Shown here piece by piece: positions 1-13,100 of a DNA stretch of 64,000 nt. Made by a program: the position numbers and the translations under genes. Positions within the stretch are counted from its first letter, which is position 1. Every line of letters begins with the position of its first letter. Under the pieces are notes generated by a model that made no database searches, had not been told where the DNA came from, and worked only from the letters and a program-made list of their open reading frames with translations. Source of the DNA: Paraspadella gotoi (lineage: Eukaryota; Animalia; Chaetognatha); assembly GCA_051294375.1 (NCBI GenBank), contig CM119268.1:23225070-23289069 (forward strand), in the 5' to 3' direction.

Positions 1-119
1 ACACAGAGAGAGATTATCATCTCCGGACGCATAAAAATATATATGATATGAGCTCTCGGGTGAGGTATCTACGCGAATGCAAATTAAGAAAAAAATTTTT
101 AAACCGCAATGAAGCGGTT

Positions 120-250
120 GGCTCTCTTTTCCAAAAGAGCCTCATTTATTTCGGCTCTCTTTTCCAAAAGAGCCTCGTTTCTTTTGGCTCTCTTTTCCAA
201 AAGAGCCTCGTTTCTTTTGGCTCTTTTTTCCATACGCGCCTCATTTCTTG
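120..250. repeat. ~33-bp tandem repeat x4 with internal hairpin
   Basis: Unit ggctctcttttccaaaagagcctcgtttctttt. Confidence 0.85.
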
Positions 251-1613
251 TTCTCATTCTACTTTGATCGGTTAAAAGTCTCCATACAAGATAATAATAT
301 AATATAATATAAGATAATAATACAAGACTCTCTCACAATCCAGTTTACTTGTGGATAAGTCGCTAAGTGGACCTAAGACTACCATCCGTATCTTGTGTAG
401 CAACGAATCAGGTTCAGGTACAGGGTTTGGAACCATGCTTGAGTGTTATCCATTCGCCCAAGGCGGTTTGAGGCCCAACTCACTTACTGTACGGTTAGTA
501 CCTATGGGGATCGATAACAATAAGGACATTATCTGACGGCCTTACTTAATGAGGCACCGGGTCAAAACTGAGACATACATTTTTATAGGCTCACTACATA
601 TTTTCCTATCAATGTACTGCTACAAAATATATTATTTCACCCGAGTCTCCATATTTTTCTCTTTCATCCGCGGATCCAGTTTCGCTTCAGACTTTAAACT
701 TAATCTTCAGAAAAAAAAAACACGAAATACGAAATAGAAAAAAAGAAACAGAAAAAAGAAGAGAGAAAAAAACAGAAATCTCTCCTCCGTTCGTCGACGC
801 CAAAAAATCCTTTGGGCGCAAAACAACTTGACGTTTTTCTCTGTTTCGAATGACGGGCGAGAGGAAGAGAGGGAGAGAGAGGGAGGAAGGGAGGGAAGGA
901 GAAGGAGAGGAAGGGAGGGAGAAGGAGAGGAAAGGAGGGAGAGAGGGAGGGAAGGAGAGAGAGAGGAAGGGAGGGAGAGAGAGGGAGAGAGAGAGGAAGG
1001 GAGAAAAAAGAAAAAAAGAATAAAAAAGAATAAAATTAGAAAAAATCAAAAGTTTTTTTCCGAATCCTTAAAAATGACCATTCGAAAGAAACTTAAAAAA
1101 AAAAATCTTATATTCAGAAACAATTTAAACACAGAGAAAAAAAAATCCATTAAACGAAACGAAAAAAAAAACGACCTAGAGTTAATTTCGTTTTACGAAT
1201 ATTTTTTTACATTTCATGTCATGTCACGTCGTGTCAGGTCAAGTTGAATCAAGTCACGTCATGTAATGTTTTGTCGGGTCAGGACGAATCATGTCAAGTC
1301 ATGTCTTGTCGTGTCAGGTCAAGACGAATCACGTCACGTCGAAGTCACGTCGTGTCAAGTTTGTCACGTCCGCCTCGGAAAATAAAAAAGTCACGCAATC
1401 GTTATTAAAGTTATAAACTAAAATCTGTATACATTTCTAATGTTTAATTATTAATTAATTAATTATCTAATGTTTAAATGACACAGAAGAAAAAAAAAAG
1501 AAAGTTAGCAATCGTTTAAACAGTCAACGCTACGAGTTCACGCCAACTCTCTCGCGCCAACGCACTTCCCACGCCAACTCTCTCGCGCCAACGCACTTCC
1601 CACGCCAACCCTC

Positions 1614-2679
1614 TCACGCCAACGCCGACTGCTTGGCGAAAGAGGTGGCGACGTCCGACGCCTTTTCCGCCAAGACGCCGACCGCCACTTGCTCCTCTTC
1701 TTCCTCCTCTTCCTCGTCGTCGTCGTCTTCTTCATCTTCGTCGTCGTCGTCGTCGTCTTCCTCGTCGTCGACAACGACTTTTCTTCGTCCTCCGAACAAC
1801 AACAACCCCGTCCCGAGACTCAAGACGACGGCCATGAAGACGAGATCCCTCGTCTTCCCTCCGCCGACGATTCGAACGCCCTCCCGGTAGTTGTAGCCGA
1901 CGCCTATGCGCCCTCTGTCGGTTAAACCGCCGACGCGGCGTCCGCCGTCGGCTCCAGCAGGGGATGAGGAGGAGGGGGAAGAGGAGGAAGAGGAGCAGGT
2001 GTTGGAGTTGGATTTAGGATCGTAGGAGTAACGAACGACGTCTTCGTAGACGGAGTCAATTCGGACGGTGGAGCCGCACGTAGGAGCCCTTGACTCTGGG
2101 GGGGGGAGAGGGAGGGAGGGAGGGGGAGAGAGAGAGGGAGTGGGAGGAAAAGGGAGAGAAAGGGGGAAGGAGAGAGCGAGAGAGAGAGAGAGGGAAAAGA
2201 AAGAAAGGGGAAGGAAAGAGGGGAGGAGAAAGAGAGGGAGTCAGAGGGTGATAAAGAGAGAAAGCGAGAGAGGGGAGAGAGAGAGAGGAGAGAGAGAGAG
2301 AAACACTTCATTTTTAATATATATAATTTAATTTAAGCACAAACAAAAGGTTTAATTTGTTCTCGTTACGAATGATTAATAAAAAATAACAATTAATCAA
2401 TACGTACATCGGCACATTGGTCAATTTCCTCTCCCGTCTTTTGTCCGTCAGCTTCGGCTCTTCTTCGTATCCGTCATCCGATTTGTCGTTGACTCGACGG
2501 ACCATGACTGACCCCGCCGGAAGGAGGCGTTGTAGGGGCGGCGGAAGTAGGCGTGGCAAGAGAAGAGGGCGCAGTGCTAGCGTCGTCGATAGATGGCGTC
2601 GAACCGGAAGTGGGCGTGGCAGAATTGGCGTCGATCGAGAAGAAATCCGCGTCAGGGATGACAACGAAATTCGCAGCAT
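1614..2679 (-). CDS. Candidate two-exon low-complexity gene (Arg/Ser/Leu-rich N-terminus, one hydrophobic segment, poly-D/E tail)
   Basis: GC-rich blocks 2408-2679 and 1614-2095 separated by an intron-like AT/(CT)n tract ending ccccag. The downstream frame is open and rich in C-ending codons. Exact splice phase not resolved. Confidence 0.4.
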
Positions 2680-2899
2680 CGTTCGTGTTTTACTCTGTCT
2701 CTATCAAATCGTTTCCGTCTCTCACTCTTTGATCGTCTCGGTCTCTATATATTTCCTTTGCTCCGTGTTTCTCTGTCTCTCTCTTTATTTCTGAGACGCG
2801 TAAAGATCGACGGTAAACGAATTAAGTAAAGAAAAAAAAGATTAAAAAATAATTTTTTTTACGGAATCAATTAAACGCTTATTATAAACTTTATAACCT

Positions 2900-3050
2900 A
2901 AGCGACACGTGTTACCTATTGGTTATAACGATTTTTTTATCGCGATAGTATTTATGGTATTTATTATTTTTCATAGTAAAATCACAGTTGGAATCTGAAT
3001 CAAAAATAGAATCTGATCCGCGACTCGGGTAAAATCCGCCGGAAGCCGGA
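2900..3050 (-). promoter_or_regulatory. Putative promoter motif cluster upstream of the 2679 ATG
   Basis: E-box cacgtg (2906), attgg/CCAAT (2918), palindrome tatcgcgata (2938), ETS-type ccggaag (3039). Confidence 0.3.
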
Positions 3051-3114
3051 TTCTCTGTCCACTTACTTAAATGGTAATTAAGTATCTATTATTTATTATA
3101 GTATATAAGTCACG

Positions 3115-3370
3115 GGCAACGATCAGGAGAAATGTCTTGTCGAGGTAGAGGACGAAATCAGGAAACGACGTCTGATCTCTTCTCGTCTTTAATAACAGTT
3201 GGAAAAAGGCTTCACCAAGAGACTGAAGATAAAGAGAGCTACACCGACCACGTAGGAGAGCGATAATGAAGAGAGGCTCTCAGAGAACCGACTTCTCTCG
3301 CGATCCTTGAACACAATGACCACCAAGGGTTGACCCGGAAGCTACGAAACCTTTGTACCCAAAAAAAAAA
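3115..3370 (+). mobile_element. 3' fragment of an RTE-like LINE with A-tail; related tail at ~5580-5665
   Basis: Translates VEDEIRKRRL then KRLKIKRATPTT*ESD, like the RTE C-terminal ...IRKRRL.W.GH...GRP...W motif; ends in poly(A). Confidence 0.55.
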
Positions 3371-3651
3371 CTAACCAGTGGCTGCGCCAATACATGTAAA
3401 TAGCTTTGAAGGGCTTAAGCTGAACTGTTACCGTGGCACTAATATTTTTTTTTCAACTTGCATCATTTAGGATTAAAAAAGGAATATTAAAGAAGAAAAA
3501 GTAGTAATGAATCTTAAATAGAATAAAATGAAAACAAAAATTGTGACATTGTGTTAATCCTTTATTTTTGTTGTTTAGTAATATTTAAGTTAAAAAGAAA
3601 AAAATAATGAAACGGTCGTGGTTTTTTCGTTGTAGCTGCTATGGTTACTTC

Positions 3652-4322
3652 TTTTTAGTCGGATCTGCTTATCAGCAGATCCCGACTCTATAATTCACTT
3701 TGTCGGTCCGTCGGTCCGCCCCCTCAATATTGTCGGGCACTAACTTATATCATGTCAGAACATCGAATAATGATAAATTATACTAAAAAAAATTATGTCC
3801 GTCCGTCCATCCGTCTGTCCGTCCCACCTTAGCAAAAAAACACCAATTACTCGTGATTGAATGGATGGATTTCAATAAAATTTTGTGTGTAGGTAGGGAA
3901 GTGTGTGATTGAGCTGGATATGAAGTTTCAATGGCATCGTCCGAGTGGAAATGAGTTTAAATTGATTAAGCTTCTTTTTCTTTAAATGTAAATGCAAGAT
4001 ATATTAATTAATCAGTTAATTGATCAATTAGTCAATTAATTAATCAATAATTAATTAATCAGTCAATTAATTAATCAAAACAAACATTTCGGATCAAATT
4101 AATTCATTAATTGCCTAATTAATTAAATAATTAATTCATTCGAGATAATTAATTAATTAATAATTCAAGTTAATTATTTAATTAATTAATTGATTTATTG
4201 ATTGATTAATTAATTACCGAAAATCATTAATTATTTATTAATTAATTAATTAATTAATTGATTAATTAATTACCGATAATCATCGTGGGCAGATCCGACA
4301 TTGTTTGCTCAAACTTGTTTTT
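3652..4322 (+). mobile_element. Helentron-type non-autonomous element (HINE/DINE-1-like), family A
   Basis: T-run, subterminal IR gtcggatctgc with adjacent inverted copy, (GTCC)n microsatellite, 3' gcagatccgac plus stem-loop gtttg-ct-caaac and T-run. Confidence 0.75.
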
Positions 4323-4465
4323 GCATAATTTATCACAATTCAATATTCTGACATGATATAAGTGAATGCCCGACAAGATTGAGGGGGCGGACCGACGGAC
4401 CAACAAAGTGAATTATAGAGTCGGGATCTGCTGAGAGTCTTTTTATGGCAATGTTTTGTAGTTTT

Positions 4466-4842
4466 GTTTTTAGTTGCGCCGCGAGTACTCGCGGACCAAC
4501 TCTATAAGTCAATTTTCGGTCGGTCGGTCCGCCGGTCGGTCTGTCCGTCGGTCGGTCTGTCCGTCGGTCGGTCTGTCCGTTGGTCTGTCCCATTTACATT
4601 AAAATGCATATAATTTGCCTATAGCTGGTTGCTCTTTTGTTCAGACAGAAAAAACCTCAAATTTAAGCGATGCCTTCAGGAAAAAAGAAATAAAAGACAT
4701 AATTTTTATACAGTGCATGTGATTAATATACGGGCTAAGAAAGTTATTTCAGTCATGTAATCATGTTATGTCACATAATTTTATGTGATGTCACATTATG
4801 TCATGTCACGGCGCAACACATTTGAATTACCGTTCTTGTTTC
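4466..4842 (+). mobile_element. HINE family B
   Basis: ttttagttgcgccgcgagtactcgcgg start, (GGTC/GTCC)n, 3' cggcgcaac IR; fragments at 7520-7570, 8570-8640, 19910-20005, 49397 and 58200. Confidence 0.65.
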
Positions 4843-5926
4843 TTCAGTAGTAACATGATCATATCCTTTTTGGAGTCACTTTCTTAGCATTTTTCCCCTT
4901 TAGTTGTCTTGACTAAGCAAGCAATCTTGTCTGCAGTCATGTAAGTAATTTTGTAAGCCAAGCTAGAAGGATACATAATATTTTTGCAATTTTTGATATA
5001 AATTAAATTTGAGTTCTGAACTAAGGCAATTGGAGAGAAAACATGTCTATCATAAAATGTTTTAAATTTACAATTGGTAGATTTCAATTGTGAGGTTTAA
5101 AAAAATCAATTAAATTTTTAAACTAGAAATTATCAAATAACGAGAGCTTACTGTGAAAAGTTTAGTTTTGGAAATTTATAAAAAGTAAACTCGTAATTTA
5201 AACTGGTGTTAAATCAGAAAAAAAGTTTACTCTATACATTTTAACTGATGAATCCTAATATTTGTCATTGAATGAAACATTTTGTCAAGAAGAAGACGGA
5301 TCCAAATTATAAACTAATACTATTAAAGGTAAAACATAAAACAATAAATTGATTTTAAATGTACACAACGTTTTGAATATAAAAGGATTCCTACAAAGAA
5401 ACCAGATCGGTTCATCCAATGTTTTGTGCCGAAGTAACTTTCTTTTCAAGTGTATTTCCTTATGATCATATGACAATATATGACTAGGAAATTTATGTAT
5501 ATCAAACGTCTTATGGTTGATCACTACTGTGCAAAGTTTTCTTTAAACAACCAGACATTACACGAAATAAATGATTAGTAGCCGGCTTCCCTTGCGACCA
5601 CTAAACACAGTGGCCAACTCGGGTTAACCCTGTGGTGGCGAAACCTTTGTCGCCACACCCGTGTATTTATGACATGAACAGCATCGGAATTCAGTCTGAG
5701 CTACTAACTAGCAATCAATATCGCTCTTAAAAATCTATACATTGCCTTAATGTATCTTATATACACTCTCTCTCTCACTCTCTCTCTCTTTCAAAATTTC
5801 ATTTCTCTTCACAATCCTAATCAAATCTCACAAATTAGAATATTTTTCCAAATGAGATTATCATTAAAATCTGACTATTAAACTTTAAAAATGCCCCTGG
5901 GAAAAATTGTGGTATAAAATAGATTT

Positions 5927-6983
5927 AAACAAGTTTGAGCAAACAATAATTAAGCGGTTATTACCGCTAATCCGATGATAAATCATGGTAATATTTTGTG
6001 ACTTTCAATTTGTGATCTTAACAAATTGTAGCATACCAACTTCTTAATAAATCTATAAAAAATCTATAAATCAATTGATCTATCAATCTATCAATCTACC
6101 AGTAGCTGCGCCAATACCAACTTGCAAAATTTAGTCAACTTGCATAATTTGGTAATTTTTCATAATTTGGTCGATTTGCATAATTTGGTCAACTTACATA
6201 ATTTGATCAACTTGCATAATTTAATCAAGTTGCATTATTTGGTCAACTGACATAATTTGGTCATCTGACATAATTTGGTCAACTGACTTAAATTGGTCAA
6301 CAGGCATAATTTGCTCGACTGTCATAATTTGGTCTACTTGCAGAATTTCGTCACTTTAAAAATTTGGTTAACTGGCATAATTTGGTCAATCAATCAATCA
6401 ATCAATCAGTCAGAGAGAGATAGAGAGAGGGAAACTTTTAAAAATTCAAATAAATGTGTCTTTGGTTTTCTAATTTAAACTCTTTTTCACTCTTACGATT
6501 CCATCAAAAATTTAGACCCAGCTTAATTACATACTTTCCTACCCACACAAAATTTCATTTCAATTTATCTATCCAATTTTTAATCAATATAATAATTATG
6601 AGTAAATATAAGCCAAAATACTTCAAGTAAATATGACTTTTGTTTTTCCATTTAAACTCATTTCCACTTGCACAATTCCATCTTAGCTTTATATCCAGCT
6701 CAGTCACACACTGTTCTACTCACGCACAAAATTTCATTCCAATCCATCAATCTAATCACGAGTAATTGGAGTTTAATGAAAAGGTGGGACGGACCTTCAG
6801 ACAGACGGACGAATGGACGGTTGGATGGACGGACGGATGGACATCGTTTTTTTGGCATAATTTATCATTATTCAATGTTCTGATATGATGAAAATTATTT
6901 ACCGACAAGATTTTGGGTTGGGACCGACGGACCGACAAAGTGAATTATAGTCGAAATCTGCGATAAGCAGATCCGACTAAAAA
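5927..6983 (-). mobile_element. HINE family A copy containing an 18-bp tandem array
   Basis: Starts aaacaagtttgagcaaacaat, ends gcagatccgactaaaa. Confidence 0.7.
6119..6388. repeat. 18-bp minisatellite, ~15 units
   Basis: Unit aacttgcataatttggtc. Confidence 0.9.
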
Positions 6984-7637
6984 GCAGGATTCTGATAGCA
7001 TTGCATCTGGTGAGCTCGTATTTTTTTCTCTAGTGAAATGGACTCCTCTGCTCTGAAGAATTTTTTCATTTTGATTTTTCTATAGAAATGAAAGGAATTT
7101 TTTGCTTTTAAAACTTTATAAACGGGATTACTATATGTTCCTATATAAGAAAAGACTTCCTTATCACGGATCTAATAGCCCTCTATCTGAAGAGATAGCA
7201 TTTTTTTCTTCAAATAATATTCAATTATTTTAAGAACAAACAATCATGGTAAAGTGAATTACTTCACTTTGGTAAAATTTTTATTTGTACGCTAAAAGTA
7301 AAAGAGAAACTAGCAATCGGAATTCTAAGAATTTTCAACCGGAAATCAGTTTTGGCGAAAATCTTTTATGGCAAAAATCTTCCATCAAAGAGGTGGATTT
7401 TCCGAAGTTATTTGTTAATATTTTCTATATTCACGATCCGACTTAAATGACAAGATTATGCATATTCCAATTATTCTACATCAGCCGGTATGAAAATATT
7501 GTATAAAAAAACCTCTGCCTTAAGTGGGACCGACCAACCAAAAAGTGACTCATAGAGTTGCAACTAAAAACTAAAAACTAAAAACTTTGTTTAATACGGA
7601 AGGAGATAATCGCGTTCAACATCCGGGGTGCGTCATC

Positions 7638-8079
7638 ATGTTTCAACTCGACGAGAAAACTCTGAAACGGATCATAATTGGCATTAGTTCGGTCAACTTG
7701 ATTGTGGGAACACCCGTCACTATCGTCGGTATATACTATTTATTCGACAATGAGAAACACCAAGGGGTGAGAATGCATATTTGGAGATTTTTCTACTGTC
7801 GCCTTTAGCTACAACTTTACCAAATTTTTCCTTACTTCCTTAGGTAAGTATTTTTTATTGTTTTAAGTGTATAACAATTATATTGTATAAATTTTATTAT
7901 TATCTTTGAATTGATATTATTTTTAAGATTTTACTAATTTAGGAAAAAACAGTTTTTAGTAGCCTACAACGATTTTTATTATTAAGAGTCTTCTTCAGCG
8001 ATTTTTAATTTTTAATTTTCTCTCTTTAACGTTAGTTTTGGAGAGAGAGAGAGAAAGAGAGAGAGAGAAAGAAAGAAAT

Positions 8080-8114
<35 letters not shown>

Positions 8115-10156
8115 TATTTTTAAGTGGTTTAGAATATTTCAATTTTAAATTGTAACCCAGTGGACACTGGACAATAGACCTACGTTTAGACCATTTTATG
8201 TTAAAATATGGGCTCATTGGACGTAAAATAAAATAAAAAAATTTATCCCAGGACTTGGGACAATCTAGGTTACGGGTACTATGTAATTAAATAATTTAGA
8301 TTAAAAAAAATAAGCACAAAAAAATAGTAAAACATTCATAAAATAGAAAAATAGAAAATAGTGAAACAAGTAATTTGCAAATTTTCATGATTATTTTATT
8401 TCATTAAGGAATGGCTTGTGGTGGGCATACTTGGAATAGAGGCAATTGCAGGGGGAATTCAGGGAATTCTCCTTATGACGTGTCAAAACACAAAAACTCC
8501 AATAATAATATGTTTGCTCAACTTGTGCCTTGCTCTTACCTTCGATGTAAGTTGGTCTCTCATATAGTAGTTCTCAGTCACTTTGTGGTCGGTCAGTCGG
8601 TCTGTTTGGTCTGTCTCACTTCATTTTAAAGCAGTCATAGTTAGGCTGAAACAGCATCAATTATGTTTACATCTAGTGGGAAGGTAATATACTATGTTTA
8701 CTATGTTTACAATGGCGAGGGCGTCATGGCTAAGTCGCGATTTGACGATTTCGCACTGAACTACATCTAGCATTCTAGATTTCTAGTTATGGCGATTTCG
8801 CTTAAACTAAACTCAGTTTAGGGTTAGGGTGGAGGTGCGTTAGGGTTGAGTTGGTAGTAGTTAGGGTTAGGGTTGAGTAGTTGGTGCATCAAAGGCGGTT
8901 AGGGTTGAGGCACGGAGATGTACGGGAGAGGCCCGAGCCCGGATTAGGGTTAGGGAGAGGCATGTAGTTGAATGGGAGGCCTGGGTTTAGGTTTGGGAGG
9001 GGCCCGTGTTAATGTATCAAAGGCGGTTAGGGTTGAGGCACGGAGATGTACGGGAGGCCCGAGCCGGGTTAGGTTAGGGGAGAGGCATATGGAGTTGAAT
9101 GGGAGGCCTGGGTTAGGGTTAGGGTTTGGGGAGAGGGGCCGCGTGGTTATGTATCAAAGGCGGTTAGGGTTGAGGCACGGAGATGTACTGGAGGCCCGAG
9201 CCCGGTTAGGGTTAGGGGAGAGGCATGGAGTTGAATGGGAGGCCTGGTTTAGGGTTAGGGTTGGGGAGGGGCCTGCGGTGACGTGTCGAAGGCGGTTAGG
9301 GTTAGGGTTGAACGGGAGGCACGTTAGGGTTAGTGTTGGGGGGAGGAGCCCGTGGGTGGTGCGGCCTTTCATTATATTCACTACTTTTATCAATGGCGAC
9401 ATCGCCAGGGTCTTGGCGATATCGCCATGGCGAAGTCGCCAACCAACTAGAACCAAAATACGAATAATAATAATGATAATACTAAATAATATAATAATAT
9501 AATGATAATATAATAATTCAGCTTATCAGCAGATCCGCGACTCTATAATCCAATTTGTCGGGTCCGTCGGTCCGCCCCCTCAATCTTGTCGGCATTCACT
9601 TATATCATGTCAGAAACATCATATTATGATAAATTATTTAACACGTCCGTCCGTCTGTCCGTCCCCCCTTAGCAGTAAACTCCAATTACTCGTGATTGGA
9701 TGGATGGATTAGAATGAACTTTGTGTGTATATTGTAAAAATTGACTAAATTATAAAAAGCAAAGGGTTGACAGTGGGTAATCATCAATGAGCATAATGAC
9801 ACAATAATTTTAATGCAGGATTTGTTTTTAATGAAATGAGAAATATAAATGGAATAACAAAATTAATAAAATTAGAATAACAAAATTAAAAATACGAAAT
9901 AATACGAAATTTACCGGGGTAAAAAAAAATATAATAAATAGAAAGACTGCGCAACGATCAGAAAAATAAGAACATAAAAATATTGAACAAACAACAAACA
10001 ACACGAGAAATATTTAATAGATGAAAAAAATAAAACGAAAACAAGAAAATACCTGTTAAAAACAAAGACCATCTGACAATGACATAATGCAATTACATTC
10101 AACGTCACTGAACAAAACGAATCACCCAAAAAAGTGACTTCTATGAATATCAAATG

Positions 10157-10191
<35 letters not shown>

Positions 10192-13100
10192 AAGGACAGA
10201 GTCATAGGCACCGGCAGAGATTTTCTTTTGTCTTCCTTTTTTAGTCGGATCTGCTTATCAGCAGATCCGAACTCTATAACTCACTTTTTCGGTCCGTCGG
10301 TCCGCCCCCTCAATATTGTCGGGCAGCACACCTTATATCATGTCAGAACATCGAATTATGAATAATTATGCAAAAAAACGATTGTCTCGTTGTCTGTCGT
10401 CGTCTCGCTCGATCCGTTCGTCTGTCCGCGTCTCCGTCCCCACCTTAGCAAAACTCCAATTACTCGTGATTGGATGGATGGATTGGTATGAAATTTTGTG
10501 TGTGGGTAGGAAACAGTGTGATTGAGATGGATATGAAGTTTCGAGGGAATCGTGCGAGTGGAAATTGGTTTAAATGGAAAAAACAAAAATATATATTTCA
10601 CTATTTGAACGCCAATTGCTCATGAGTGGATAGGGCAATTGACTTGAAATTTTGTATGATCGGTATGGGGGCGAGGGAGTGTGTGATTGAGCTGGATATA
10701 AATATAATATCGATGAAATCGTGCAAGTGGAAATGAGTTTAAATGGAAAAAACAAAAGTCATATTTACTTTAAGAATTTTTACTTATATTTACTAATAAT
10801 TATTATATTTATTAAACATTGTGTATTTGCTTTCTTTTTTGTTGCATTTCGACTCTGCAGTGAGAGTGAATTGTCAAAAACACTGATGAAGACTCTAACT
10901 GCAGAGTTGAAACAATTCCTGTCAAAATTGTCAATATAATTTAATTAATCAATCAATTAATTATTCAATCAATCAATTTATCCATTAATTAATTATACAA
11001 TTCATTCAATCAATGACAATCAATGAATGAATTAAATCCACAAATGTTTATATGGATTTCCACTAAGATCTAATCGGGATTCCACAAGAGTTTGTTCCTG
11101 ACACAATAAAATAATCAATAAATCAATCAATCAATCAATCAAGTCAATCGTTATTGTCGTCGTCGCAATCGTGGTCGTCATTGCTTTTGTCGTGGTTAGT
11201 GACGAAAAGACGTAAAATACATTTTGAATCAAAAATATTTATTAATTAATTAATTGACTAATTAATTAATTAATTTGAATTAATTAAATAATTAATTAAT
11301 CGCCGCTAATGATTGTGGACAGATCCGACATTGTTTGCTCAAACTTGTTACTTTTTACATTGTTATCTTTTCAATTTATTTCTTTTTTTTGACGAGGTGA
11401 TCGTCATGGGTTTTGCTGTGATTCCAAAAAATCTGCAGATGTGGCTTTGTGACATTGGTAAAGAGGTATTTTTATTAATTTCATTTTTATTTGTTTTATT
11501 CTTACATTAGATGAAACATTTGGAAATTAGAACTTGCATAAAAACGTTAACAGCACAAAGGGTTAATCTAAATAGTCAAGTTTACAATGTTAGTTTGAAT
11601 ATTTTTACATTTATTGATAGGAAATGATATCAATATTGTTGACACAACATTTCAAATCAAACTATCCTTGCATTCAAAAAATAATCTTTAAAAAAAATCA
11701 TTTTCCAAATTTTCATTAAACTGCAATTACTCGTGATTGGATGGATGGATTGAAATGAAATTAGTAAAACCTGTTTTACTAATTGATTTTGCTTTTTTCC
11801 TTTTTATATTAAACAATCAATTATTCAATCAATAAATTTATTTATCTATTAATTAATTATTTAATCAATCAATTTATTTATCAAATTATTAATTATTCAA
11901 TCAATAAATCATTCAAGCAAGTAAGTCAATCAATTAATCGTTAGTCGGCATTATTGTCGTCGTCGCCATCATCGTAGTTGCTTTTGTCGTGGCCTATGAC
12001 GAAAAGACCTAAAAACAGACAAATCAATTATTATCATTATTTTTTATCGAGCCTTGACCGNNNNNNNNNNTCGATCTTTATGCTTTTAAGATTTTATTAC
12101 TTTTTTTGATGCAGCAAAGGCAACTGCTCGATTTTATCTGCGCGGTTTGAAAGAAAAATGTTTGAAAACTTATTGTTTAATCTTATTCTAAGACATAACG
12201 GTTAAAAATATTTCTTAGAAATACTCATTTATAGTATAACCAGTGGCTGCCCCAATACATGTAAATGGCTGTCAAGGGCCTAAACTAAAATGTTACTGCG
12301 GCACTAATAATATTTTTTTTAAATTTGTATCTTTTTTATCGTATTTTTCTTTTCTGTTTCGTTGCGATTTGATTTAGAACAATTTTTTTATAAAAGAGTT
12401 GGAACAACGATTTTTATTTCATAGTGAAACGGACATGTTTCGTCTCACATACGAGCCTTCTTCAGCGCTAATTCAATTTGAAATTCAATTTCACAAACAT
12501 TAACGCTGATGAAGGCTTGAAAGCAAAGCCGAAACATGTCTGTTTTATAATAATAAAACCAAATCGTTGTCAAAATCCAAATTCAAACTTTCTCTAATTA
12601 ACTCAAGCAATGAAAAAGAAAGGATTATGGTGGACTAAAATCCACCAACCATTCATCAGCGGCCATTGGTGGTGGTCGTCTGGCAGTTAAGAGGGACGGG
12701 GCGCTTAACCCGCCTGTAACACAGTGTTACAGTCTTATCCGAAGCTCAGGGACTGCTTATATTGAACGGTTCTGTCACTAACATATATCAATAATTACTG
12801 TCTCTTCAGGATTTATATCACAAAGCCTATTCGTTAAAATATTCTTAAAAATTTATTTTACTTACCTAAAAAAATTTAAATTTGGATAGTGGCTTAAAAT
12901 CAGGTCAATTGAAGATATTAACAAGTATGACTTTTATCATATGCAATACAATACGCGCTCATAAAAAAGACTAACTGTTTTGAAAACATCCCCAGCGCCT
13001 TGTAATTGCTTAAAAATGTATTTTTTTCTCTATATGGTCTCTATATAGGGTCATATAAATATATATATGTATATAATTATGAAATCATGACCATAAGGTA

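Noticed and set aside
120-250. CRISPR-like palindromic repeats
   Set aside because: The 'spacers' are ~9 nt and near-identical, the context is eukaryotic and there are no cas genes; it is a tandem repeat
687-1247. Leu/Ser/Phe- or Arg/Glu-rich ORFs here and at 27776-29535, 47453-49397, 56494-58489
   Set aside because: Translations of (CT)n/(GA)n microsatellites
5240-5290. ctgatga...gaaac hammerhead candidate
   Set aside because: Helix II does not pair
5580-5665. HDV-like ribozyme or Helitron 3' hairpin (gtggcga...tcgccac)
   Set aside because: No nested double pseudoknot could be built and there is no CTRR end; it aligns with the RTE tail at 3285-3360
8972-9502. 176-aa Gly/Arg/Leu ORF
   Set aside because: Translation of TTAGGG-containing repeats inside a MITE
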